NCBI GenBank assembly: GCA_963708295.1
Contig: CAVPSJ010000008.1
Span: 90,661-122,660 of the forward strand
Source of the DNA: an uncultured delta proteobacterium
GTDB lineage: Bacteria; Desulfobacterota; BSN033; UBA1163
Length of the DNA: 32,000 nucleotides
Direction of reading: 5' to 3'
Shown: piece by piece, positions 1 through 9,159 of the stretch
Numbering within the stretch: the stretch's first letter is position 1
How the letters are laid out: each line of letters opens with the position of its first letter
The notes under the pieces: model-generated
What the model saw: the letters and a program-made list of their open reading frames with translations, nothing else
What the model was told of the DNA's origin: nothing
The model's database searches: none
Translations under genes and position numbers: made by a program

Positions 1-531
1 CATTTCGGGGAGGTCTTTTTGCGGATCTCGCCCAACGGACGCGGAAAGGGAATTGAATTTCATTCGGAGGTGCCGGAGAGATCGCTGTTCGCCGAAGGGC
101 TTCTTGCAGTGGAGGAAGGCATTCGAGAGTCTTCCACCGTGGGAGTGATTTTGGGTTATCCCATGGATGACCTGCGGGTCACTTTGCTAAAAGCCAATAT
201 TGATCCCGTCCATCCCTCTCCGCTCGCGCTCAAGATTGCTTCCTCCAATGCGGTGCGAGAAGGATGTCGGAGGGCTCAACCGGTGCTCATGGAACCGATG
301 ATGGAAGTCAGTGTGATCGTTCCTGAAGAGTTCATGGGAGAAGTGGTAGGAGATCTGAAGGCGCGGAAGAGCTCCGTCGAAGCGATTACCCCCAAGGGAA
401 AAGTCACGATGATCAGCGCCCTCTCCCCCCTCACCCGGATGTTTGGTTATTCGACCGATTTGCGATCCCTCACCCAGGGACGGGGAACCTTCTCCATGCA
501 GTTTTCCCGCTATGACAAAATGATCTCGTAA
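1..531 (+). CDS. Elongation factor G family GTPase, C-terminal part (5' end outside window)
   Basis: The frame is open from base 1; the track ORF 19..531 starts at an internal TTG. Translation ...PVLMEPMMEVSVIVPEEFMGEVVGDLKARK...MFGYSTDLRSLTQGRGTFSMQFSRYD matches EF-G domains IV/V. It is followed by birA rather than tuf, so it is probably an EF-G paralogue. Confidence 0.8.
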   Translation, partial: HFGEVFLRISPNGRGKGIEFHSEVPERSLFAEGLLAVEEGIRESSTVGVILGYPMDDLRVTLLKANIDPVHPSPLALKIASSNAVREGCRRAQPVLMEPMMEVSVIVPEEFMGEVVGDLKARKSSVEAITPKGKVTMISALSPLTRMFGYSTDLRSLTQGRGTFSMQFSRYDKMIS

Positions 532-615
532 AAGGGGATGGATGAAGCGGGGTCAAGGGTTCTAGGTTTGAAGGTGGAAGTGGATGGGACCTCTTGAAAT
601 CGTGAGGGATCAGCC

Positions 616-1635
616 ATGGATGAAGAGATCCTCCAACTCCTGAGGGATCACTCATCGGAGTTTCTTTCCGGAGAACAGATCAGCCGTCATTTGAGGGTGA
701 GCCGGACGGCGGTATGGAAGAGAATCCAAAAGCTCAGGGCGCTGGGGTATGAGATTGAGGCTTCGACCCGTTCCGGGTACCGTTTGCTTGGATCGCCAGA
801 TCTCCTCACCCCAGCTGAAATCAAACCCTATCTGAAAACAACGTGGATCGGGAAAACAATCCATCATTTCGATACCCTTGACTCAACGAATGCGAAAGCC
901 TATCAGCTGGCTCTCGATGGTGCAGAGGAAGGGGAGGTGGTGATTGCGGAGTCGCAGGAGAAGGGGAAGGGGAGATTGGGAAGACAGTGGGTTTCTCCGC
1001 CTTTTCTAAACCTTTATCTTTCCGTCATCCTCCGGCCGAAAATACCCCCTCATCAAGCCTCCCTCATCACGCTCATGGCGGCCGTCGCTACAGCAGACGC
1101 CATCCGGGGGTTCTCCGGACTCGCTCCATTGATCAAATGGCCCAACGATATTCTTCTCCAGGATCGAAAGGTAGCCGGACTCCTGAATGAGATCCACTCA
1201 GAAATCGACCGCATCCATTTCGTGATTCTTGGGCTTGGAGTAAACCTCAATGCCGGCGAGAAAACGCTTCCAAAAGAGATCCGGGGCATCGCCACCTCGC
1301 TCAAAATAGAAATGGGACAGACGATTTCGAGAAAAGCCTTTCTCCCTTTGTTGTTACAGGAACTGGAAAAGTGGTATTCGATCTTCATCCATAGAGGCAG
1401 TGCCGTCATCCTGGACGCCTGGAGAGGTCGAGCTCATCTTCAAGGGAGACGGGTCAGGATCGTTTCCTTCGGGGAGACACTCACCGGCACCGCGATTGAT
1501 GTGGATTCAGATGGAGCCTTGATCTTGGAGACAGCAGATGGAGAACGAAAAAGAGTGGTGGCAGGAGACGTGGAGTATTCAACGAAGATTGAAGCACCAA
1601 ATCTCAAGCACCAAGGTCCAAACAAATCCCAATGA
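616..1635 (+). CDS. birA: Bifunctional biotin-protein ligase / biotin operon repressor BirA
   Basis: ATG 616 follows GAGGGA. N-terminal winged HTH (SGEQISRHLRVSRTAVWKRIQKLRALGYEI), biotin-ligase motif GKGRLGRQW, and KWPNDIL. The last ~13 codons (APNLKHQGPNKSQ) lie inside the palindromic repeat 1599-1727. Confidence 0.9.
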   Translation: MDEEILQLLRDHSSEFLSGEQISRHLRVSRTAVWKRIQKLRALGYEIEASTRSGYRLLGSPDLLTPAEIKPYLKTTWIGKTIHHFDTLDSTNAKAYQLALDGAEEGEVVIAESQEKGKGRLGRQWVSPPFLNLYLSVILRPKIPPHQASLITLMAAVATADAIRGFSGLAPLIKWPNDILLQDRKVAGLLNEIHSEIDRIHFVILGLGVNLNAGEKTLPKEIRGIATSLKIEMGQTISRKAFLPLLLQELEKWYSIFIHRGSAVILDAWRGRAHLQGRRVRIVSFGETLTGTAIDVDSDGALILETADGERKRVVAGDVEYSTKIEAPNLKHQGPNKSQ

Positions 1636-1727
1636 CCAAAATTCTAAACTCTAGATAGAATTGTTCTGGTCATTGGAAATTGAAATTTGGAATTTAATTG
1701 GGGTTTGGAATTTGGGATTTGAGATTT
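1599..1727. repeat. Long imperfect palindrome built of AAATC/GGAATTT-type k-mers (locus L1 of a family)
   Basis: AAATCTCAA (1599-1607) pairs with TTGAGATTT (1719-1727). CCAATGACCA (1629-1638) pairs perfectly with TGGTCATTGG (1667-1676). AATTCTA (1640-1646) pairs with TAGAATT (1656-1662). It shares CCAATGACC..AAAATTCTAAAC and TTGGAAATTG..AAATTT with 31601-31730. Confidence 0.7.
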
Positions 1728-1757
1728 CCCCCAGCCACGCTGGGAGGAGGGGGTTCT

Positions 1758-2540
1758 ATGCTGCTGGTTCTTGATGTGGGAAACACGAATACGGTTCTGG
1801 GAGTTTATGATGGAGGGGTCCTGGTGGATCATTGGCGGATCGCTACCGAAAAGGGAAAGACGGCGGATGAATGGGGGATCCTGTTTCGAGACCTGTTCCT
1901 GTTTGATCGGATCGATACCGAAGATTTTGAGGGGTTGATCATCTCCTCCGTGGTTCCTCCTGTCCTGGATATGTTGCAGGGAATGGCTGAAAAGTATTTT
2001 CATGCCAAGCCGCTCATCGTCGGGCCAGAACTCGATACGGGAATCGTGGTCGCCTATGATAACCCTGCCGAGGTGGGAGCGGACAGAATCGTCAATGCCG
2101 TTGCTGCCTATGCGCGATATAAGAGGAGCCTGATCGTCGTCGACTTTGGAACAGCCACCACCTTCGATTATGTCTCTTCCAGGGGTGAATATCGTGGGGG
2201 CGCGATTGCACCGGGGATCGGGATTTCCGCGGAAGCCCTGTTCCAGAAGACTTCCAAACTTCCCAGGGTAGAGATCGTAAAACCGAAACACGTGATCGGA
2301 AAAAATACCATTCACAGTATGCAGTCGGGTATCTTTTTCGGATACGTCGGATTGGTCGATGAAATCGTGAGGAGAATGAAGAAGGAGGTGAAATCGAAAC
2401 CCAAGGTGATTGCGACGGGCGGACTGGCAGGCCTCATCGCGATGGAGTCGGAAACCATCGAGGAGGTGAATGAATTTCTCACCCTTGAAGGGCTAAGGAT
2501 CATCTACGAGAGGAACCAGAGGAAAAGGAAGAAAAGGTGA
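1758..2540 (+). CDS. coaX: Type III pantothenate kinase
   Basis: ATG 1758 follows GGAGGAGGGGG; the track ORF starts further upstream at 1698, inside the repeat. Motifs [32 protein letters not shown] and GGAIAPGI are present. birA-coaX adjacency is a common arrangement. Confidence 0.9.
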   Translation: MLLVLDVGNTNTVLGVYDGGVLVDHWRIATEKGKTADEWGILFRDLFLFDRIDTEDFEGLIISSVVPPVLDMLQGMAEKYFHAKPLIVGPELDTGIVVAYDNPAEVGADRIVNAVAAYARYKRSLIVVDFGTATTFDYVSSRGEYRGGAIAPGIGISAEALFQKTSKLPRVEIVKPKHVIGKNTIHSMQSGIFFGYVGLVDEIVRRMKKEVKSKPKVIATGGLAGLIAMESETIEEVNEFLTLEGLRIIYERNQRKRKKR

Positions 2541-3402
2541 GCAGGAGCCGTTTCAGTTCTTCCTCAGTGTTTTTATCCGGTCTTTTTAAGGGAGGCCGTG
2601 GATTTCCGCCGAAGTATCCGGCCAGATCCATCGCCATTTTGAGGCCGCCGATGCCGTACTTTGTCGTCACTGCGCCAGCCAACGGAGTCAATTGACCCTG
2701 TAATATCCGCGCCTCATCAAACTTTTTCTCCTCAAACAGATTCTGGATCCGGACGCATTCCTGAGGCACCACATTGGCCACGGCCAATATTCCACCCACG
2801 GCCCCTACACAAAGGGCAGGGAAGAATACGGGTGCTGAACCGACGAAAACAGCAAATCCTTTTCGAGAAAGACGAATCACTTCACTCAATTGGCCAATAT
2901 TCCCTGAGCTGTCCTTGACGCCGATGATATTCGAGTGTTCAGAGAGCCTGGCCACCCATTCTGGCTCTAAATTGATTCCGGTAAACTGGGGGACGTTGTA
3001 GATCAGAATTCCGATGCGGGAAGATTCCGCCACGGCCACAAAATGATCGTATAAAATCTGGGGCTTCATCGATCCCTTAAAATAAGAGGGAGTGACGACG
3101 AGGGCGCAATCTGCACCCATTTTCGCGACTTGATTCGTAAACCGGATGGTCTCCTCCGTCGATTCCATTCCCGTTCCAACAAGCATGATTTTCGAGGCGG
3201 GGATAGATTCCCTTGAGATTTCGACCGTTTTTGTTTTTTCCTTCTCGTTTAAATAGACCGCTTCGCCGTTCGATCCCAGGACGAGGTAGCCGGAGAGATC
3301 TGTCTTGTTCCATCTCTTAAAATTTTCCTTGAGTTTCTCCGGAGCCAGTTTCCCATCTTGGAAAGGTGTGGCCATGGGTGGCATGACACCGCTCAGTTTC
3401 AT
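2500..3402 (-). CDS. Dihydrodipicolinate synthase/N-acetylneuraminate lyase family (class I pyruvate aldolase)
   Basis: ATG at 3402 follows AAGGAGGA; the track ORF extends to 3501. Motifs [15 protein letters not shown] and the Schiff-base lysine context IIGVKDSSG are present. The 3' end overlaps coaX convergently (2500-2540). Confidence 0.75.
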   Translation of the reverse strand: MKLSGVMPPMATPFQDGKLAPEKLKENFKRWNKTDLSGYLVLGSNGEAVYLNEKEKTKTVEISRESIPASKIMLVGTGMESTEETIRFTNQVAKMGADCALVVTPSYFKGSMKPQILYDHFVAVAESSRIGILIYNVPQFTGINLEPEWVARLSEHSNIIGVKDSSGNIGQLSEVIRLSRKGFAVFVGSAPVFFPALCVGAVGGILAVANVVPQECVRIQNLFEEKKFDEARILQGQLTPLAGAVTTKYGIGGLKMAMDLAGYFGGNPRPPLKRPDKNTEEELKRLLLTFSSFSSGSSRR

Positions 3403-3602
3403 CAAACCGTCCTCCTTATTCCTCTTTTCTTGCGTAAAGATTCCAAAAGAAATATGGAATCCCGGGTCCTTGTTTTGGCAATCGGTTTTGAAATTCACCA
3501 CTTAGAATTTCGTCTAAAATAACATGTTACTCAAGGTGCGGTCAAATGATTTTCCGGCGTTTCCGAAAGTCTGTCCGAGGAAAAATGTTGATAGGGTTTT
3601 GT

Positions 3603-3632
3603 TTGACAAATACGAAGATGAATGGGTAGAAT
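3603..3632 (+). promoter_or_regulatory. Sigma70-like promoter upstream of the aldolase gene
   Basis: TTGACA (3603-3608), an 18-nt spacer, then TAGAAT (3627-3632), about 75 nt upstream of ATG 3707. Confidence 0.4.
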
Positions 3633-3706
3633 TTCTACAAAGTGAACCTTTCTCGCCCCGTCAGGACGAGCACGGCAGCGAGGCTTCGCGGACAAGGAGG
3701 AGAATC

Positions 3707-4497
3707 ATGACGGAGGGTTTTTCCCGGGACTCCATGATGGCTGGGAACCCGGCGGAAAAGGTCCCCAAAAGGGCACCGGAGGCAATTCAGCAAGTGGTGA
3801 TGGCGAACAGGATCCTGAGCAATGAGGGCATCCTCGATGCCCTCGGGCATGTGAGCGTGAGGAACCCAGTGAACGCAGCACCTTCTTTCAGGCGCGCTCC
3901 ATTTCTCCTTTCGAAGTCACCCCGGAGGATATCCTGGAGATCGACCTCGACGGGGATGTCGTCACTCAGACGACGATGAAACCTTACGGAGAGCGCATCA
4001 TCCATGGGGCGATTCTCAAAGCCCGTCCCGAAATGAATGCTGTCTTTCATGGCCATTTCGCTGCCGTCATACCGTTTTCGGTCACGAACACCCCTATCCG
4101 TCCGATCACCCATGTGGGAAGTTTCCTCTATCAGGGAGTCCCGATTTACGACGATTACGAACCGGATGGAGGCATGCTGATCAGGACGAAGCAAGAAGGA
4201 GAGCGAATCGCCAGGCATCTCGGCCAGCACAGGGTCCATCTGCTTCGCGGGCATGGATGTAATATCGTTGCCGAGAACCTTCCGCGGCTCGTTGCCTCTG
4301 CCATCCACCTGAGGGAAAATGCGACCATTCAGTGGCAGACGCTTCTGAGCGGCAAGGAGGCGAAATACCTTTCCCCTGAAGAAGCGGAAGCGGCCATGGA
4401 AATCGCCCTCTTTGGCGCCAGCCCGATCGACCGGATGTGGCGGTACTGGGTCGCAAGGGTGAAGAGGAACATGCCCGATATGAAAGATTGGAAATAA
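3707..4497 (+). pseudogene. Class II aldolase/adducin family protein, interrupted by an apparent -1 frameshift near 3878-3880
   Basis: ATG 3707 follows AAGGAGG. The N-terminal part ...ANRILSNEGILDALGHVSVRNPVNA reads in one frame. The continuation TFFQARSISPFEVTPEDILEIDLDGDVVTQTTMKPYGERIIHGAILKARPEMNAVFHGH... reads in the frame of track ORF 3976..4497. Confidence 0.75.
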
Positions 4498-4588
4498 GCC
4501 GCATCAATGAAAACCTCAGAGAGCAGTTTGCCCACACCCTTTGCGAGGAGAGGTAAAAAACTGGGGGAGCGCGAGGGTCGTTTTCCTG

Positions 4589-4617
4589 TTGACATACCCC
4601 CCCTTGTTATGTATATT
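4589..4617 (+). promoter_or_regulatory. Sigma70-like promoter upstream of tctC
   Basis: TTGACA (4589-4594), a 17-nt spacer, then TATATT (4612-4617). It is followed by a ~150-nt leader containing CCTGCC...GGCAGG. Confidence 0.45.
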
Positions 4618-4765
4618 CCACCCATTCATCCGTCCAAGAGTGAATTCTTGTCATCTGTCGGAACAGCAAAAAGATTGAGTTCCATGCCCCCGTATCCGTC
4701 AAGCGGCCTGCCTGGGCCGCCCGCCCAAACGGTGTTGGCAGGAAAGAAACCCTAAGGAGGTGTCA

Positions 4766-5794
4766 ATGATGAAACGATGGATCTCTGTGATATCCGTGCT
4801 CGGTGTCGCTCACGCTGTTTGCAGCCACTGATCTGTATGCGGCCCCGTTTTACGAGGGCAAGATCGTGCGCGTCACCGTCGGCTTTTCTGCCGGGGGAGG
4901 CTTCGACCTGTGGGCGCGCGTCGTCGCTCGCCATTTGGGAAGGAACATTCCCGGGCAATCCCACGGTCATCGTGGAGAACATCACCGGAGCGGGCGGCCT
5001 CATCCAGACGAACAAGCTCTTCAAGGCGACCAAGCCGGACGGACTGACCATCGGCCACATCAACGGCGGACTTATCCTGAGCCAGATGATGGGCCAGCCG
5101 GGGTACGACTTCGACAGCCAGAAGTTCATCTACATCGGCGCCGCCAACAAGGAGAACACCGTATTCGTCTTCGGCAAGAAGAGCGGCATGACCTCGGCCG
5201 ACAAGTGGCGGACCTCGTCCGTCGCCTGTCAAGATCGGCGGCCTTGTGACCGGGAATTTTATCGACAACTGCGACCGGGTGATGAAAGACGTGCTCGGCT
5301 TTCCCACGCAGATCATCACCGGCTACAAGGGCACGGCCGACATCCTCATCGCCACGGAGAGCGGTGAATTGGCCGGTGGCGCCGCATCCTGGGACGGCGT
5401 GAAGACCAACCGGAAGAGAGCCATCGAGGCGGGCGATATGATTGTCGTCCTCCAGTGCGTGCCGAAGCCCCTCAAGGAACTCCCGAACGTTCCCAAGATG
5501 ATCGACTTTGCAAAGACCGACGAGCAGAAGAAGTTTGTCCAGATCGTGATCCATGACGCAAACGACTACTCGAGGCCCTTTGCCGTCCCTCCGGGAACGC
5601 CGAAGGATCGTGTTGAGATTCTGCGCAAGGCCTTCCAGGAGACGATGAAGGATAAGGAGTTCCTGGCTGAGATAGACAAAATGCAGTTGACCCTCGATCC
5701 GACGACCGGCGAAGAACTGACGGCCGCGGTGGCAGGCTCCTCCAAGCTGGATCAGGCCACGCTGGCCAAGCTCAAAGATATCCTCTTCAAATAG
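4766..5794 (+). pseudogene. tctC: Tripartite tricarboxylate transporter substrate-binding protein (Bug/TctC family), spread over frames by three apparent +1 shifts
   Basis: ATG 4766 follows TAAGGAGG and gives a signal-peptide-like MMKRWISVISVLG. The protein continues as VSLTLFAATDLYAAPFYEGKIVRVTVGFSAGGGFDLWARVVARHLGRNIPG. It continues next as NPTVIVENITGAGGLIQTNKL...KWRTSS, and finally as PVKIGGLVTGNFIDN...ITGYKGTADILIA...ILFK*. The shifts lie near 4800-4806, 4950-4955 (CCCGGG) and 5218-5228. Confidence 0.75.
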
Positions 5795-5845
5795 GACAGG
5801 GACCGATAGGCGGCCGGCAAAACCCGTCGGCATGGGAGGCAGGTC

Positions 5846-7346
5846 ATGTTAGAGACTGCGCAGTCGTTTCTTCTCGGTTTGACGCAGATCTTTACGGTGA
5901 CGACCTTCGGGCTCATGCTCTTCGGTATCGCGATCGGTTTTGCGGTCGGGATCCTGCCGGGACTGGGAGGACCGACGGCGATGGCACTGATGCTGCCCTT
6001 CGTCGTGAAGATGACCCCGGTCGAAGCCTTCGCGTTCCTGCTCGGTATGGCCTGCGTCGTCAACACGACCGGAGACATCACGTCCGTGCTGTTCGGCATT
6101 CCGGGTGAGCCGACGACTGCCGCCACCATTGTGGACGGCCATCCGATGGCGAAAAAGGGCGAGGCCGGCCGCGCCCTCGGCGCAGTCCTGATGGCCGCGC
6201 TGATCGGCTCCATCTTCGGCGCCTTTATGCTTGCGATCGCCGTTCCCATCGTGCGGCCCCTCGTGCTCTCCTTCGGATCACCCGAGTTCTTCATGCTCGC
6301 TCTTCTCGGCATCACGTTCGTGGCATCGCTGAGCGGCGCCGACGTCATCAAGGGTCTCTATCTCGGGAGGATTGGGCCTTTTTGTTGCGACGGTGGGCCT
6401 CGACCCTGTCTCCGGCATTCAGCGCTTCACCTTCGGCCAGACGTTCCTGTGGGACGGCATCGGGCTGGTGCCGATCACCATCGGTTTTTTCGCGATCCCG
6501 GAGATCATCGATCTTGCGGTGACGGGTTCGAGCATCGCCGGCGGACGGACCGGAGCGCTGGGCGGGGTCAAGGAGGGCATCCGCGACGTATTCCGTCACA
6601 TCTGGCTCGTTCTCCGCTGCGCGGCTATCGGCACGTTCTGCGCGATCATACCCGGCATGGGAGGCGCGACGACCCAGTGGCTTTCTTACGCCCACGCCGT
6701 CCAGAGCTCTCCCGACAAGGAGCGCTTCGGCAAAGGGGCCATCGAAGGGGTGCTGGGTCCGGGGGCGTCCAACAACTCGACGCTCGGTGGCAGCCTGATC
6801 ACGACCATCTCTTTCGGGATTCCGGCCAGCGTCTTCATGGCGATTCTCATCGGGGCCTTCATCATGCACGGCGTCGTCCCCGGCCCGGACATGCTCCGGC
6901 CGGAATCGCAGGGAGGACACCTCGGCCTCACTTACTCCTTCGTCTGGATCGTGGTCATCTCGAACCTCATCACCGTGGGCATGATCTTTCTCCTCCTGAA
7001 ACAGATCGTCAAGGTGACGTACATACGCGGCAGCCTGCTCATCCCCTTCATCCTGATGCTCATCTACCTCGGCGCCTTCGCCGAGAAGAATGCCTTCCCG
7101 GATCTGATTCTGGTCCTGATCTTCGGCGGACTGGGCTGGGTACTGGAAAAGCTCAAATGGCCGCGACCGCCCTTGATCCTCGGGCTGGTGCTCGGAGGAC
7201 TGGCGGAGAGCAGGCTCTTTCTTTCCGTGGGCAATTATGGCTTGAGCTGGATCTGGCGTCCCATGGTCCTTGTGCTCATCGCGGTCACCCTGTTCGGCGC
7301 CCTTTACTCCGTTCTTAAAGGAAGGAAGGAGAAGAGAAGACATCGG
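5846..7346 (+). pseudogene. tctA: Tripartite tricarboxylate transporter large permease (TctA family), one apparent +1 shift near 6356-6370, no in-frame stop before tctB
   Basis: ATG 5846 follows GGGAGG. The first part reads MLETAQSFLLGL...GILPGLGGPTAMALMLPF...SGADVIKGL. The continuation GGLGLFVATVGLDPVSGIQRFTFGQTFLWDGIGLVPITIGFFAIPEII... lies in the frame of track ORF 6372..7886. Total length is about 500 aa, as expected for TctA; the 3' end is approximate. Confidence 0.75.
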
Positions 7347-7886
7347 ATGGTGGAAGCCGTTGAGAGTGGTTCAGGGGCCAGGGTGAGGGCAAAGGGCGAC
7401 GATCAACAAGTGGTCAGCGATTTTTGCTCTTGGCCTCGTCGATCATCCTTGCCCTTGCGCTCTGGCAGAGCAGGAACTTCAACGTCCGGGCCGGACTCTT
7501 TCCCTGGGCGATCGGTTTCCCGCTCCTTGGACTTTTGCTCCTGCAATTCGTCCGAGAGCTCATGGGCAAAGCCGGTGTTCGGTCGCGGGGACGATACCGT
7601 CGAAGAGGAGGACCAGGGGGTGCCCGCTGATGTGGCGAACCGCCGGACGAGAAACATGTTCGGCTGGATTATCGTCTACTTCCTGGCTATCTGGCTCCTC
7701 GGCTTCACCATAGGGGCCACCCTGTGCTGTTTCATCCAGCTCAAATTTGCATCCAAGGAGAAGTGGCTGATCACCCTGATCCTGACTGCGGGTCTTTGGG
7801 CCTTCGTCTACCTGTTGTTTGACCGCACGCTCCACGTGCCATTCCCGGCGGGATATCTCTTTGAGGTACTGGGGATGGCGGAATAA
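7347..7886 (+). pseudogene. tctB: TctB-like small membrane subunit, apparently spread over two frames
   Basis: A candidate ATG at 7347 follows GGAGAAGAG. The N-terminal TM segments (LLLASSIILALALWQSRNF..AGLFPWAIGFPLLGLLLLQF) are in the frame of track ORF 7424..7630, entered at a T5 run (7421-7425). The C-terminal TM segments (MFGWIIVYFLAIWLLGFTIGATLCCF..WLITLILTAGLWAFVYLLF) are back in the frame of ORF 6372..7886. Boundaries are uncertain. Confidence 0.5.
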
Positions 7887-7926
7887 GGGAGATAACTTTT
7901 TTGCCCAAGAATAGGAGGGCCCAAGA

Positions 7927-8920
7927 ATGTCGAAGCTCAGACTGACACTCGCTTGCTGGAACTACGACCGGACCCGGGGCCTGGCCGATGGCTCTGTTCA
8001 GCCGGATGGCATTGATCTGACCTACTTGAATCTTCCGGTTGAAGAGACATTCTTCCGAATGCTGCGATACCGGGAGTTTGAAGTAGCGGAGATGTCCCTG
8101 TCCTCGTACACGGTCTCGCTGTTCCGGGAGGATCCGCCTTTTATCGCCATCCCGGTCTTTCCCGTCACGGTCCTTTCGCCACAATGCAATCTTTGTTTCG
8201 ACAAAAAGCGGTGTACGGGAGCCGAAGGACCTGATTGGCAAGCGGGTGGGCAATCCCGAGTACCAGTTGACGGCGCAGGTGTGGATCCGTGGAATCCTCT
8301 CCGATGAATACGGTGTCGCACCCGCCTCTGTCGAGTACTGGACCGGAGGCGAAGAAGAACCCGGCCGTGAAGAGAAGATCGCTCTTGACTTGCCGCCGGA
8401 ATTCAAGATCCGGCGGATCGGGCCGCATCAGACGCTCTCACAGATGCTCGCCGACGGAGATCTGGACGCACTCTACGCCCCCCGGATCCCGTCGACTCTC
8501 GCATCGAGACCGAAGGACGTGCGCCGGCTCTTCGAAAATTATGCGGAGGTCGAACACGCTTACTTTTCAAAAACGAGGATCTTTCCCATCATGCACGCTG
8601 TCGTCATTCGCCGAGACGTCTACCGCGCTTATCCATGGGTCGCCCAGTCGTTGTATAAAGCGTTTGCCGAATCCCAGCGCCTCATCTATAAAGACCTCGA
8701 AGAGACTGCGGCGCTCAAGGCCATGCTCCCTTGGCTCTCCGTGCACGTCGAAGAACTGAAGCGAACGATGGGGGCGGACTGGTGGCCCTACGGATTCGAA
8801 TCCAACCGGCACGTGATCGAAACGTTTCTGCGCTACCACCATGAGCAGGGGCTCTCCAAGCGAAGGCTTCAGCCCGAGGAGTTATTTGCCCCCGAAACGC
8901 TGGCAGCCTACAAAATCTGA
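7927..8920 (+). pseudogene. 4,5-dihydroxyphthalate decarboxylase-like protein (NMT1/THI5-type binding-protein fold), one +1 shift in TTTCCC at 8158-8163
   Basis: ATG 7927 follows AGGAGGG. MSKLRLTLACWNYDRTRGLADGSVQPDGIDLTYLNLPVEETFFRMLRYREFEVAEMSLSSY...IAIPVFP continues in the next frame. That frame reads SRSFRHNAIFVSTKSGVREPKDLIGKRVGNPEYQLTAQVWIRGIL... (track ORF 8246..8920). Confidence 0.65.
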
Positions 8921-9074
8921 AGGTTCTTCGCGTCCCAAGGCGCTATTCGCCCGCAAAACCTAAACGTTGCCGTTCCTGCGAGCTGGCATTACCTCCGGCG
9001 GTTCAGCCGAAATCACCCCGGAAAACTTGATGAAGATGGGGGCAAAGATGCTTTTTTTTCAGCTCCTCTCACGC

Positions 9075-9103
9075 TTGACATTGAAACCTAGGTTTGTTAA
9101 GAA
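9075..9103 (+). promoter_or_regulatory. Possible promoter with a perfect 12-bp palindrome in the spacer
   Basis: TTGACA (9075-9080), a 17-nt spacer, then a weak TAAGAA (9098-9103). AAACCTAGGTTT (9084-9095) is its own reverse complement. Confidence 0.3.
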
Positions 9104-9159
9104 CTCAATATTTGAGGCATTTTAAGAGCACACTTGAGGAAAGAAAAGGAGAAATTCTT

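Noticed and set aside
2500-2540. 41-nt convergent overlap of coaX and the DapA-family gene; also the 4-nt stop-stop overlap at 28261-28264
   Set aside because: These are real in the sequence but are ordinary compact gene packing. The overlapping C-terminal tails are low-complexity, and nothing suggests regulation.
3524-3706. N-terminal 61 codons of track ORF 3524..3979
   Set aside because: This stretch contains the TTGACA/TAGAAT promoter candidate and has no RBS. The ATG at 3707 has AAGGAGG and matches the family N-terminus.
5126-7343. Long minus-strand ORFs in the track (5126..5833, 5752..6351, 6348..7343; up to 331 aa)
   Set aside because: They lie antisense to clear TctC/TctA coding sequence in a very G+C-rich stretch where stop codons are rare. 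Their translations are Arg/Gly/Pro/Asp-rich low-complexity sequence with no family resemblance.
6372-7886. Track ORF of 504 aa taken at face value as one protein
   Set aside because: It is a composite: the TctA C-terminal two-thirds, an out-of-frame read-through of the TctB N-terminus (RSGRAGTSTSGPDSFPGRSV...), and the TctB C-terminus. The ORF exists only because of missing stops and frameshifts.
9004-9063. Possible third, short copy of the MITE (CAGCCGAAATC...AAAGATGCTTTTTTTTCAGC)
   Set aside because: Only the right terminus (AAAG.TG.TTTTTTTCAGC) is convincing. The left terminus and the interior are too diverged to call by eye.
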